Both the position numbers and the translations under genes were made by a program. From assembly GCA_965208575.1 (NCBI GenBank), contig CBDBOV010000005.1, forward strand, positions 96,001-160,000: a stretch of 64,000 nt of DNA, written 5' to 3'. The notes below the pieces were generated by a model. The model was not told the origin of the DNA, searched no databases, and saw only the letters and a program-made list of their open reading frames with translations. Shown here piece after piece: positions 21,321 to 31,350 of the stretch (positions within the stretch are counted from its first letter, which is position 1; the number at the start of each line of letters is the position of its first letter). The DNA comes from Spirochaetia bacterium. GTDB taxonomy: Bacteria > Spirochaetota > Spirochaetia > SZUA-6 > Bin103.

Positions 21321-21363
21321 GAATTGGTCCTCCTGTGCTTTCGAGAACACGGATTTCAGTGCC

Positions 21364-21484
21364 GCTCCCTCGCCTGCTCCCGCGGCCCGCGAGCCGACTA
21401 TTCCGACGAGGGCGACAACAACTTCAGGTCGACGGCGGGCGATGAGCCAGCACGGCGTCGACCGCGGCCCCTGGTGCGGATGCG
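21364..21484 (-). repeat. 121-bp SBP-leader repeat, copy 2
   Basis: Lies just upstream (about 45 nt) of the SBP start at 21320. Confidence 0.9.
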
Positions 21485-21770
21485 TGGTTTACATGTTCAC
21501 TCCTCCCCCCGTCCGCCGCGCGCAGGCGGGAGGCGGAGCGGCGGCTCGCCGGTGGTTGGTTCCCATGTCCGGCAACGCCGGGGGATTGGAGATGGTGGGC
21601 AGAGGGCTGCGACGTCGTTGCATCACCTGGCAGGAACGCTGAGTCCTATGGTCGCACATCGTCGGCATGAGTCCGGAACCCTGAATGATCCACCATGCAA
21701 CGCCCGCCGCAGCCTGTCAACTGAACGTTGCGCGCATCGTCGTCGATTCGCCCCGCTTCAAGCATCCAGC

Positions 21771-21807
21771 TTGACGCATGCCAACTTTGACACTATCAAT
21801 AGTGTCA
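21771..21807 (+). promoter_or_regulatory. hicAB promoter with palindromic operator
   Basis: TTGACG at 21771; perfect inverted repeat TGACACTAT-CA-ATAGTGTCA (21788-21807) over the -10 and start codon. Confidence 0.7.
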
Positions 21808-22103
21808 TGCCCGAGACCGGGGCGAAGGTTCACGCTGCAATCGCCGTCCTGTCAACCGGTGCCGACATTCGATGCAACGCGATGGTCCGGCTGCTCACAG
21901 GACTGGGGTTTTCCGTACGGGACGGCAGGAAGCAGGGGCACAAGGTTGTCACCCATTCCGGACTCGCGGCGTTCACGTCGGCGGCATTCTCTTGCGGCCA
22001 TGGAGGGAATCCGCACGTCAAGCGGGTGTACGTGGCGAGCATCCGCTCGTTGCTCGCATCGTACGCAGACGACTTGCAGAAGTGGTCAGGAGGGCAGAGA
22101 TGA
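21807..22103 (+). CDS. hicA: HicA-like toxin
   Basis: 98 aa, LGF..R.G..GH..H dsRBD-like pattern, ATGA-coupled to hicB. Confidence 0.7.
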   Translation: MPETGAKVHAAIAVLSTGADIRCNAMVRLLTGLGFSVRDGRKQGHKVVTHSGLAAFTSAAFSCGHGGNPHVKRVYVASIRSLLASYADDLQKWSGGQR

Positions 22104-22492
22104 CGGCGAGACCCAACCCGTATGCGTACAACATCACGGTACGAGAATGCGAGTTCGAAGGCGAACCGCTGTTCGAGGCGCGAATCAAGGAGTTGCCGGA
22201 CGTTCGCGAGTTTGCGGAGTCGGCACAGGCGGCCTACGCTCTGGCCATCGACACTATCGAAACCGCCGCCGCGATGTTTGCCGAAACCGGTCGCCCCTTT
22301 CCGCCTCCCGTCCGCCCGCAGGATCAGTACAGCGGTCGCGTGACGCTGCGTCTTCCGAAGAGCTTGCATCGGGAGCTGGCGAGCGCCGCCGAAGAGGAAG
22401 GCGTGAGCCTCAACCAACACCTCGTAACGGCCCTGGTCAGCCACGCGCGGGGTCTGCCGGCGCAAGCTCCGGACCGTCGCACCAGGATCTGA
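22100..22492 (+). CDS. hicB: HicB antitoxin (RHH type)
   Basis: ELPD...E..A, then YSGRVTLRLPKSLHRELA..AEEEGVSLNQ. Confidence 0.88.
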   Translation: MTARPNPYAYNITVRECEFEGEPLFEARIKELPDVREFAESAQAAYALAIDTIETAAAMFAETGRPFPPPVRPQDQYSGRVTLRLPKSLHRELASAAEEEGVSLNQHLVTALVSHARGLPAQAPDRRTRI

Positions 22493-22544
22493 ATCCTCGA
22501 CGGACAACGGCACGGCGTCCGTGGTACGGTGACTGCGCCCAGAG

Positions 22545-23675
22545 ATGAATGGTTCGTCCCTCATCGACGCGGATGTGCACGTCGAGGTCCCGTACCTGGA
22601 AGCGCTCCATCCCTACCTGTCCGACCACTGGATCGAGCACTTCACGCAGTCGCTCGACCGCGGCGCCAGCCCGCCCGCGCCGCCGGCCCCCGGCGCGCCC
22701 AAGCTGACGCGCCACACCTGGCACGCGCCGCCGTACTACCCGCCCAACTCGCCGGTCGCCGACCGTGCCGGCGGCGCACGGGCCGGCGACGGCGGCGGCC
22801 TGGAGCGGTTGCGGCGCGAGGTGCTGGATGCGGGCGGCGTGGAAACGGCGGTGACGAGCTGTCTCTACCCGGTGGACCGCCTCGGCAACCCGGACGCCGC
22901 CGACGCCCTGGCGCGGGCGGTCAACGACTGGCAGATCGAGCACTGGCTGGAGCGCGAACCGCGCCTGCGCGGCTCCATCGTGGTGCCGATCCAGCTTCCC
23001 GAGCTGGCGGTAGCGGAGATCGAGCGGGTCGGCGGCCACCCCGGCTTCGTGCAGGTGCTGCTGCCCGTGCGCACCGAGCATCCCCTGGGCAACCGCCTCT
23101 ACCACCCGCTGTGGGCGGCGATCGAGCGCCACGACCTGGTGGCGGGCGTGCACTTCGGCGGCCAGCCCAACACGCCGCCGACGCCGACCGGCTGGCCTTC
23201 CTACTTCATCGAGACCTACGCCGCGATGGCGCAGGTGTTCGCCACCCAGCTCACCAGCATCATCGTGGAGGGCGTGTTCGACGCCTGCCCCGGCCTGCGG
23301 GTGGCGTTCCTGGAGTCCGGCTTCACCTGGCTGCCGGCGCACCTGTGGCGCATGGACAAGGAGTGGAAGAACCTGCGCCGGCTGGTGCCGTGGGTGCGGC
23401 GGCCGCCGTCCGACTACGTGCGCGAGCACGTGCGGATCGGCATTCAGCCGCTCGACGCGCCGCCCACCGCGGCCCAGATGCTGCAGGTCTTCGACCAGCT
23501 CGGCTCGGAGGATCTCTTGATGTACGCCAGCGACTTTCCGCACGTGCACCTGTTCGACGCCGGCGGCAAGCTGCTCGACCTGTTGCCGCGGCCGGTGCAG
23601 AATAAGGTGCGAAGCGAGACCGCCCGCCGTCTCTATCGCCTGGACGGCGGCAAAGGAGCGCAGGAACATGGCTGA
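22545..23675 (+). CDS. Amidohydrolase_2 family protein
   Basis: IDADVH, NDWQ, LESGF.W, YASDFPH. Confidence 0.88.
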   Translation: MNGSSLIDADVHVEVPYLEALHPYLSDHWIEHFTQSLDRGASPPAPPAPGAPKLTRHTWHAPPYYPPNSPVADRAGGARAGDGGGLERLRREVLDAGGVETAVTSCLYPVDRLGNPDAADALARAVNDWQIEHWLEREPRLRGSIVVPIQLPELAVAEIERVGGHPGFVQVLLPVRTEHPLGNRLYHPLWAAIERHDLVAGVHFGGQPNTPPTPTGWPSYFIETYAAMAQVFATQLTSIIVEGVFDACPGLRVAFLESGFTWLPAHLWRMDKEWKNLRRLVPWVRRPPSDYVREHVRIGIQPLDAPPTAAQMLQVFDQLGSEDLLMYASDFPHVHLFDAGGKLLDLLPRPVQNKVRSETARRLYRLDGGKGAQEHG

Positions 23676-24768
23676 CACGCCCACCGCGGACACCGAAACG
23701 AGGCGGCCGCCCACGGCCGCCGGGGCGCAGGCGTTTATCGACTGCGACCTGCACAACGAGCTGGACTCGATACGGGATCTCTACCCCTACCTGTCCAGGC
23801 ACTGGCGCGACCACATCGACACCTACGGCACGGGCGGTCCCAACGCCGGCTGGTATCCGCGGTTTCTCGACCACCGGGAGGAGAGCCGGCCGCCGTCCGG
23901 CCGCACCGCCGGGTCGGACGTGGCGTTCACGCGCACCGACTTCATCGAGCCGCACCACGTCGCCTACGGCATCCTGAACCCGCTCGGGCCGGCCGGGGGC
24001 CAGCTCAATCACGAGCTGGGCGCCGCGCTGGCCACGGCGACCAACGACTGGCAGGTGGCGGAGTGGCTCGATCCGGAACCGCGGCTGCGGGCGTCGATCG
24101 CGGTGGCGTCGGAGGACCCGGTCGGGGCGGCCGCGGAGATCCGCCGCCGCGCCGCCGACAAGCGGTTCGTGCAGGTGCTGTTCAAGGGCCGCGGCCAGGA
24201 GCCGATGGGGCGCCGCAAGTACTGGCCGATCTACGAAGCGTGCGCCGAGCACGGCATCCACGTCGCCTCGCACGCGTTCGGCCAGTACGGGTTCCCGATC
24301 ACCGGCGCCGGGCACGCCTCCTACTACATCGAAGACCACACCAGCCCGTCGCAGGCGGTGCAGGCCAACATCACCAGCCTGGTGATGGAAGGCGTGTTCG
24401 ACCGCTTCGGCATCAAGTTCGTGTCGGTCGAGAATGCGTTCGGCTGGGTGCCGTCGCTGATGTGGCGGCTCGATGCCGCCTGGAAGCTGCTCGGCGGCGA
24501 GATCCCGCACCTGGCGCGGCCGCCGTCGGAGGTGATCGCCGAGCACGTGTACGTGGCCACCCAGCCGGTCGAGGAGCCGCCGCGCCTGAGCGACTACGCC
24601 GCGCTGATGGAGCAGTTCGGCCCGATGACCGACAACCTCCTGCTGGCCAGCGACTACCCGCACTGGGACGCCGACGACCCCGGCGTCACCCTGCCGCACG
24701 TCCTGCCGGAGGAGCTCAAGCACAAGATCCGCTTCGCCAACGGCGCCCGCCTGTACGGGCTGCAGTAG
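23668..24768 (+). CDS. Amidohydrolase_2 family protein (paralogous partner)
   Basis: IDCDLH, NDWQ, QPVEEP, SDYPHWD. Confidence 0.88.
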   Translation: MADTPTADTETRRPPTAAGAQAFIDCDLHNELDSIRDLYPYLSRHWRDHIDTYGTGGPNAGWYPRFLDHREESRPPSGRTAGSDVAFTRTDFIEPHHVAYGILNPLGPAGGQLNHELGAALATATNDWQVAEWLDPEPRLRASIAVASEDPVGAAAEIRRRAADKRFVQVLFKGRGQEPMGRRKYWPIYEACAEHGIHVASHAFGQYGFPITGAGHASYYIEDHTSPSQAVQANITSLVMEGVFDRFGIKFVSVENAFGWVPSLMWRLDAAWKLLGGEIPHLARPPSEVIAEHVYVATQPVEEPPRLSDYAALMEQFGPMTDNLLLASDYPHWDADDPGVTLPHVLPEELKHKIRFANGARLYGLQ

Positions 24769-24880
24769 CCGCCCGGCTAACGGCACGTCCCTGCCGCGCG
24801 ACACGGCGAGCAACCCCGCGGGCGCCGGTCGGCAGGCCTCAGAACCGTCCGACGGCACGCCGCGCCACGGAACCGCGGAC

Positions 24881-25303
24881 GTGCTGAGCGGCGCGGCACG
24901 GCGGTTCGTCGCATCGATGCGCGTCGCCCGGCTCGCGACGGCAGACGCGAACGGCGCTCCGCACGTGGTGCCGGTGTGCTACGCCCTGCTCCGCGACAGC
25001 CTGTACGTGACCATCGACGAGAAGCCGAAGCGCTCCGCCGGGCGCGCGCTGCGGCGGCTGCGCAACATCGCCGAGAACCCGCACGCTGCCGTGGTCGTGG
25101 ATCGCTACGACGAAGACTGGTCCCGGCTCGCCTGGGTGATGCTGCGCGGCCGTGCCGACATCCTCGACCGCGGCGGCGAGCACGACCGCGCGCAGGCGGC
25201 GCTGCGTGAACGCTACGCTCAGTACCGCGCGATGGCGATCGAACCGCTGCCGGTCATCGCCGTGCGGATCACCCGCGTGAACGCGTGGGGCGCCCTCCGG
25301 TAG
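24881..25303 (+). CDS. PPOX-class (TIGR03668-like) probable F420/FMN-dependent protein
   Basis: VARLATAD..G.PHVVPV, DEKPK, LRRLRNI.ENP, DRYDEDWSRL.WV. Confidence 0.85.
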   Translation: MLSGAARRFVASMRVARLATADANGAPHVVPVCYALLRDSLYVTIDEKPKRSAGRALRRLRNIAENPHAAVVVDRYDEDWSRLAWVMLRGRADILDRGGEHDRAQAALRERYAQYRAMAIEPLPVIAVRITRVNAWGALR

Positions 25304-25481
25304 CTCGCTCGGTGGCGGTCTCGAGGCGACAAATTTGCGGGAGGCGCGGCTGAACTCGCACTACCTCGCACTACCCGGTAGCGGTTTCGTGCCGCCGCGC
25401 GGTGCGGTAGGATCTGGCGTGCCCCGGCGAATCTGGAACGTCCGGTTTGCATGCCCGCGCGAGATCGGTTACGCTGGCGGT

Positions 25482-26477
25482 ATGGCCAGCACCAAAGCAC
25501 CGCCCACCGGGCGCTACCAGGCAGCGCAACCCCGGCCCGCCGAGCCCGCCGAGCCGCCGGCGTTCCCGGGCTGCAAGCCGGTGCACCTGCCGCGCACCGA
25601 GATCGACCGCTTCGAGGGACGCCTCGAGTATTGGGATTCGGCCACCGAGACCGCCTGGATCAGCGAGTCCGCCACGGCCTACCACGAGCGCCCGTCGCGC
25701 CTCCTGACGCGCTTGGCCGAGCGCATCGCCGAAGTGCGCGGCTCGCCGATCGAGTCGTACGGCTCGACCGACCTGCTGCTGCGCGACCCCGGCGGCGAAC
25801 CGCGGCGCATCATGCAGGCCGACGAGTCGGTATACCTGCATCCGGCGCAGGCCAGGCGGCCGGGGGCCGCCATGGTGGTCGGCGAGGACGACTTTCCCGA
25901 CGTGGTGCTGGAGGTTGACCACACCACCGACGTCCACCGCGGCAAGCTGGCGCTGTACGAATCGTGGGGCTTCCCGGAAGTGTGGGTGGAAGTACCGGAC
26001 ACGCCGTCGCCGAGCCGCCCGCACCGGCGCCGCCCGGGACTGACCATACATGTGCTGGAGCACGGCCGGTTCCGGGTTGCGGCCGAGAGCCGGGCATTTC
26101 CCGGCTGGCGGGCGGACGAGATTCACGTGGCGTTGAACGAACCGGAGCCGTCCGCGCGCACCAGCGCGGTGGTGGAGCGGGTCGGAGCGGCGCTCGGCGC
26201 GCGCGAAGGCACCGGCCCCGACGATGACCCGCTGCTGCGCTCGCAACGGCGCCAGGGGTACGAGCGCGGCCATGCTGCAGGTCGCGCGGAAGGCCGTGCA
26301 CGGATGGTCCGGCAGATCCTGCGGTCGCGCGGCATTGCAGTGTCGGCGGGGTTCTCCGCCGCTACCGAAGCGTTCGCCGCGGCGTCCGAGGAGGCGCTGC
26401 TGGCGGCGGCGCTTGGCTGCGCCGATGAGGGGGAGTTCCTGGCCGCGCTCCGGCGCCCGCGCGACTCGGACGGCTGA
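25482..26477 (+). CDS. Uma2-like PD-(D/E)XK family protein, copy 1
   Basis: YHE, QAD, PDVVLEVD, KLALYESWGFPEVW; promoter TTGCAT-17-TACGCT ends 6 nt before the ATG. Confidence 0.8.
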   Translation: MASTKAPPTGRYQAAQPRPAEPAEPPAFPGCKPVHLPRTEIDRFEGRLEYWDSATETAWISESATAYHERPSRLLTRLAERIAEVRGSPIESYGSTDLLLRDPGGEPRRIMQADESVYLHPAQARRPGAAMVVGEDDFPDVVLEVDHTTDVHRGKLALYESWGFPEVWVEVPDTPSPSRPHRRRPGLTIHVLEHGRFRVAAESRAFPGWRADEIHVALNEPEPSARTSAVVERVGAALGAREGTGPDDDPLLRSQRRQGYERGHAAGRAEGRARMVRQILRSRGIAVSAGFSAATEAFAAASEEALLAAALGCADEGEFLAALRRPRDSDG

Positions 26478-26481
26478 CCTT

Positions 26482-27372
26482 CTATGGGGCGCGGTGCGCG
26501 TCGAGGCGGCCGGCGGCGCCTCTGAGCCGCGGGTCGAGCAGGTCTCGCACCGCGTCGCCGAACATGTTGAGGGAGTAGACGACGATGGTCAGGCAGAGCC
26601 CCGGCCACAGCGCCAGCCAGGGCGCCTGCTCCATGTAGTGACGCCCTTCCCGGCTCAGCATCCCGCCCCAACTCGGAATCTGGGGAGGCAGACCGAAGCC
26701 GAGAAAGCTCAAGCTGGCTTCACTGATGATCACGCCGCCGATGTTGATGCTGAAGATGATGATCAGCGGCGCCATGATATTGGGCAGTACATGGCGGAAC
26801 AGGGTTTCGGTCCTGCGCGTTCCCACGACCCTGGTGGCCAGAAAGTAGTCGTTCTCCTTGACGCCGATCACCGCCGCTCGGGCTACTCTCGAGCTGCCGA
26901 TACCTCCCGTTATCCCCAGCACCAGGATGATCTGGGTCAGGCCCTGGCCCGCTATGGACATGATCGTCAACAACAGCAGCAGACCCGGAAAAGCCATCCA
27001 GGCATCCACGAAGCGCTGCATGACCAGGTCCGGTTTGCCGCCAAGAAATCCTGAAACGCCGCCGATCAGCACTGCCACCAGCACGTTCAGCGTGGTCGCG
27101 GCGAGGCCGACCAGCAACGAAATGCGGGCCCCGTAGAGCAGCCGGCTCAGAAAGTCTCGCCCGATGTAGTCGGTGCCCAGGAGATAGCGGGCAGATGAGC
27201 CCTGCAGCCGGTCCGCCGGGTGCACCTCGGCATAGGGATAAGGGGCGATAACGTCGGCAAAGATCGCCACCACGATCAGGATCAGGATGACCATGCCACT
27301 GATCGTCCCGAGCGGCTTTTGCCGCCACAGCCGGAGGAAGAAATCGGTAAACCGGCCGGTTCGCTCAATCAT
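26482..27372 (-). CDS. ABC permease (DppC-like), cassette 2
   Basis: Permease motifs as above. Confidence 0.92.
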   Translation of the reverse strand: MIERTGRFTDFFLRLWRQKPLGTISGMVILILIVVAIFADVIAPYPYAEVHPADRLQGSSARYLLGTDYIGRDFLSRLLYGARISLLVGLAATTLNVLVAVLIGGVSGFLGGKPDLVMQRFVDAWMAFPGLLLLLTIMSIAGQGLTQIILVLGITGGIGSSRVARAAVIGVKENDYFLATRVVGTRRTETLFRHVLPNIMAPLIIIFSINIGGVIISEASLSFLGFGLPPQIPSWGGMLSREGRHYMEQAPWLALWPGLCLTIVVYSLNMFGDAVRDLLDPRLRGAAGRLDAHRAP

Positions 27373-28324
27373 ACCGCACCCTCGGATCCAGGACCGCGTA
27401 CACCAGGTCGATCAACAGATTGATTGCCAGAACAGCGACGCCGAAAAACAGGTTCGTACCCTGGACCACCGGGTAGTCCCGGTCTCGCAGGGCATCGAGC
27501 ATGAGACGACCGAGCCCCGGCAGGTTGAAGATGTTCTCCATGATCACGGCGCCGCCCACCAGGATCGGCAACTGCAGGCCGACCAGGGTCACCACCGGGA
27601 TCAGGGTATTCTTGATGGCGTGTCTGATCACCACGACCCGTTCTCCCAATCCCTTGGACCAGGCGGTGCGGATGTAGTCCTGGCGAAGCACCTCCAGCAT
27701 CATGGTGCGCGTCATCCGCATCGTGCTCGCCGACATGGCCGTGCCCAGAATCAGGCTGGGAATGAGGAATACGCCGATATTGCCGAGCGGGTCTTCGAAG
27801 AACGGAATAAGCTCCATCGGGGGTGACCAGCTCCACCAGATGCCGGGGTATATCATGACCATGATTCCGAGCCAGAAGTTCGGCATGGCCAGGCCGATGA
27901 TGGCGATGGAACGCCCCGCGTAATCAGCGGCCGTGTCCTGGCGAACGGCAGAGTAGATGCCGACCGGCAGCGCAATCAGGAGGCCGAAGAAGATGGCCAG
28001 GAGGCCGAGTTCCAGCGTGACCGGCAATCTCCCCAATATCCGCTCCGCTACCGGCACCTCGTGCATCAATGAGTTGCCAAGGGTGCCGTGCATGAAAATA
28101 TCTCTTGACCAGCGTCCGTACTGCACCCACACCGGCACGTCCAGTCCCAGCTTCTTGGCCAGCGCTTCCCGGTCCACCACGCTGACGTCGAAGTAGCCCA
28201 GCCTCAGCACCATGGCGTCCATGACATCGCCCGGGATGAAGCGCACCGAGAGAAAGACCAGAACGCTCAATATGAACAGGGTTGGGATGAGCAGCAACAG
28301 TCTCCTGATGATATAGGCGCGCAA
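27365..28324 (-). CDS. ABC permease (DppB-like), cassette 2
   Basis: Permease motifs as above; TTG start. Confidence 0.9.
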   Translation of the reverse strand: MRAYIIRRLLLLIPTLFILSVLVFLSVRFIPGDVMDAMVLRLGYFDVSVVDREALAKKLGLDVPVWVQYGRWSRDIFMHGTLGNSLMHEVPVAERILGRLPVTLELGLLAIFFGLLIALPVGIYSAVRQDTAADYAGRSIAIIGLAMPNFWLGIMVMIYPGIWWSWSPPMELIPFFEDPLGNIGVFLIPSLILGTAMSASTMRMTRTMMLEVLRQDYIRTAWSKGLGERVVVIRHAIKNTLIPVVTLVGLQLPILVGGAVIMENIFNLPGLGRLMLDALRDRDYPVVQGTNLFFGVAVLAINLLIDLVYAVLDPRVRYD

Positions 28325-28453
28325 TCACTTCTCCGTTGATGCTCAGAACTGTCGCTCCGACAATGCGGAGGAGCCGGGAAATCCACGCGGCGGCGGTTCC
28401 CAGCTCCTCGCTGTCAGATACGTGGGCGAGGCTGCTCTCGCCGGCAGCCCGGG

Positions 28454-30265
28454 CTAGAAGCCCATCGACTCCTTCAATTCCTGGTCGATCCAGAGGCGGG
28501 CGAAGATGTTCACGGAGCGGTCCTGGCGTGAAACCTGGCCTTCCCCGTTGTAACCCTTCACCCAGGGCTGGGTCGCGCTGTAGCTGGGCGCTTTTGGCCC
28601 CCACAGCACCCAGTGTTTCGCCATGATGTACATGTCAGCCTGTTTGGCCGCCTGCTGCTGCTCCTCGACGGTGGTAGCGGCTGCGGTGGCCTCATACAGG
28701 GCGTCATACTCCGGGTCCTGCGGTCCGGGGGGGCTCCAGGAAGCTTGCGAGTAAAACGTCAGCAGCGGCACCAGCGGCGGATAGTCAAAGGCGCCGGCGG
28801 TCAAACCGAACAACAAGCCATCGAACGTATGTTCTCGCGCCATGGCGGCGCCGGTCGGCGTGTCCATCGTGGTGATCTCGGCTTCAATGCCGATGGCGGA
28901 CCAGTAGGCGACCTGCAATTCCGCATAGCCCAGATCGGCGCGGATGCCCGGATCGACGAGGTTGAAGGGAAGCCTGAATCGAACACCGTCATCGCCGCGC
29001 GGGTAACCCGCCTCATCGAGCAATGCCTCCGCACCTTCCGGGTCATACCGATAGGTTCTTCGGACCTCTTCGGGCCATTCGTCGAGTGGCGTGTTGTAGC
29101 CGGGGACGCCCGTTCCTATCATCCCCTGAGGCTGCCAGTCGGCCGCTCCCCCCAGGTAGGTTTCGTTGATCGTCTCGAGGTCCAGGGCCATCTGCATGGC
29201 TTGGCGCACCCTGACGTCGTTGGTGGGCGACTCCACGCGCGCGTTGAAGGTGGGATTCAGACGCGCCAGGACATCCCAACTGTGCAGCGTGATTTCGGGG
29301 TTGGTCTTGCGCAGGCTCTCGGCGTCGTCAAGAGACCTGATCGCGCCGCCAATGAACCCAAGGTGATCCACCTTCCCGGAGCGCAGTGCGGCCAGCCATG
29401 TTGCCTTTTCCTTGATGATCAGGGCCTTCAACTCGTCGATGTAAGGCAGGCGGTTCTCCGGGTACTTCTCGTCGTTGCGCCAATAGCCGGGGTTCTTCGT
29501 ATGGGTGAAGGAACTGCCCTCGACGAAGTCGGTCAGCTCATAGGGTCCGGTGCCGACCACGTTCCGCCAGTCATTGACATCGCCGTGTTGCTCGACCACC
29601 TCGGGAGGATTGATGAACGCACCCCAGTGGTTGAGGGAATCGCTCAGGAACGTGATGCTTGGCCTGCTCAGCTTCATCACCACCGTCCATTCGTCGGTGG
29701 CCGTTACCGATTCAACGGGTTCCCTGCCGAATTCTTCAAGAGCGGTGCTCCCTGCTCCACTGAATTCGCCCAGGCCGTAATAGCGGTGAAAGTTGTATTC
29801 GATGTCCTTGGCGGTGAGCTCGCGACCGTTCATCGGCGCCTTGTCGTGCCAGTGAACACCCTGGCGGATTGTGAAGACATACGTCAGCGGGTCGGGCCGC
29901 GACCAACTTTCCGCCAGCAGCCCGGTAAAGGCAAATTCTGGAATGAACAGGGGATGGAAGTTGAAGACGTCCCGGTCTATGGCCCAGTTTCCGATGCCGA
30001 GCTTCTCGATAACGCCACTGATGAGGTAGCCCGCACCAGCCCCGAACCAGGCGTCAGTCCGATTCGGATCGCCCGAAAAGACGTAGGTCAAGGTGCCGCC
30101 GTACTCGGGCGCAGTGACCATCTCGCCGGTGGTCGGATCGAGCACCATCTCCTTCTCCATCGCCGCGGCCGGCTCCTCCTCTGCGGCGGCAGCCCAAAGG
30201 CCGGTCGCGGCCAGGCTGAGCACGAGCGCAAACACGAAGGTGTGTGCGATTCTCGAAAGATTCAT
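28454..30265 (-). CDS. ABC substrate-binding protein family 5, cassette 2
   Basis: Signal peptide, APEYGGTLT, GTGPY, RVRQAM. Confidence 0.92.
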   Translation of the reverse strand: MNLSRIAHTFVFALVLSLAATGLWAAAAEEEPAAAMEKEMVLDPTTGEMVTAPEYGGTLTYVFSGDPNRTDAWFGAGAGYLISGVIEKLGIGNWAIDRDVFNFHPLFIPEFAFTGLLAESWSRPDPLTYVFTIRQGVHWHDKAPMNGRELTAKDIEYNFHRYYGLGEFSGAGSTALEEFGREPVESVTATDEWTVVMKLSRPSITFLSDSLNHWGAFINPPEVVEQHGDVNDWRNVVGTGPYELTDFVEGSSFTHTKNPGYWRNDEKYPENRLPYIDELKALIIKEKATWLAALRSGKVDHLGFIGGAIRSLDDAESLRKTNPEITLHSWDVLARLNPTFNARVESPTNDVRVRQAMQMALDLETINETYLGGAADWQPQGMIGTGVPGYNTPLDEWPEEVRRTYRYDPEGAEALLDEAGYPRGDDGVRFRLPFNLVDPGIRADLGYAELQVAYWSAIGIEAEITTMDTPTGAAMAREHTFDGLLFGLTAGAFDYPPLVPLLTFYSQASWSPPGPQDPEYDALYEATAAATTVEEQQQAAKQADMYIMAKHWVLWGPKAPSYSATQPWVKGYNGEGQVSRQDRSVNIFARLWIDQELKESMGF

Positions 30266-30546
30266 ACTGATCTCTCCTCCATTTTCCGATTTGAGAGTTC
30301 TACCGTGGCGAGTTGCCGGTTCTCTGCCACTCTCGCGCCCGCAACGCGGGCGGCCAAACAGGGAGGGCAATCTCCGGTGGTCACGCACGCGACCCGAGCT
30401 TCATGAACTCGGGCCGCGCGCATGGTGAGGTTCGTGCGGTTAGTGCGGTTCTTTGAGTATCAGCGTGCACCTCCCTGTTGAGCGGACTTGGGCGGAAGCC
30501 GCTGCGTCATCAGCGGCACAGGTGGCGACAGAGTGGTGGATGTGGC

Positions 30547-30735
30547 TCGGTGAGCGTAAAGAGCGGTCAGTTACCGGGTGCCTGGTTTGTTGCGGAGCAG
30601 GACGGAGCAGGACGGAGCAGGACGGAGCGCTAGCGTTCGCGGCTAACGGGCGGCTGCGGTGGGCTGTGTGATCGCGCTTCATCCGCGTACCAAGCCGCCA
30701 TTCTACCACGCGCCCGGCACCCGTCAAGCGCGCGG
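30547..30735 (-). promoter_or_regulatory. Conserved promoter plus long leader upstream of SBP2 (repeat of 43180-43360)
   Basis: TTGACG-16-TAGAAT (30727-30700) and a 10-bp tandem GCAGGACGGA x3. Confidence 0.75.
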
Positions 30736-30736
30736 C

Positions 30737-30840
30737 CCACGATGGAAGCGTTCGGCCAGCTCGATCTGCTGGTGAACAACGCCGGGGTCGCGCAGCCGGG
30801 CAAGACACTGGAGCTCACGATGGACGACTGGCACTGGGAT
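30737..30840 (+). pseudogene. Internal fragment of the SDR gene
   Basis: Near-copy of ~47281-47385 (DLLVNNAGVAQPGKTLELT.DDWHW). Confidence 0.8.
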
Positions 30841-30872
30841 GGGGCCTCGTCATCCTCCTGAGCGGCGACGGT

Positions 30873-31202
30873 CTATTGCCGGGGGCTGCCGGTGCCGGTC
30901 GCTGGCACCGTCTCCTGGCGCGCTTCCCGCTCCGGCGGCGGTTCTGTGGAAGGCTCCGGGCGCCACGGCCCCAACACCGCTCCTTCGATGCGCGACAGGC
31001 GGCGATCGATATCCGTCACGTCTCGCCTCAGATCGTTCAAGGTCGCTTCCATGCGGTCCATGCGCTGATCCATGGGGTCCATGCGGGCGTTCAGGGTGGC
31101 CTGCGTGGTGCGGTGCGCGCCCAGCAACGCGAAGCCGAAGGTCAGGATCGCCGCCAACAGCGTTACTCCGACGCCCAGCACCGCGATGGTATCGCCGCTC
31201 AT
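30873..31202 (-). CDS. Small single-TM coiled-coil protein, copy 1
   Basis: Hydrophobic N-terminus plus heptads; duplicated with its flanks at ~31688-32205. Confidence 0.7.
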   Translation of the reverse strand: MSGDTIAVLGVGVTLLAAILTFGFALLGAHRTTQATLNARMDPMDQRMDRMEATLNDLRRDVTDIDRRLSRIEGAVLGPWRPEPSTEPPPEREARQETVPATGTGSPRQ

Positions 31203-31350
31203 GCCGTTATCACCTCACCCACTCCTGATGATCACAGCATATACCGATGGGGAGGATAGCGTCACGCCCGTACAGGCGAACGAAGGCGAACGAGGCGAAC
31301 CCACCATCCAGCCATGCGCGAGGTCTGCCGCCGCAGCGCCCCGACCGATA

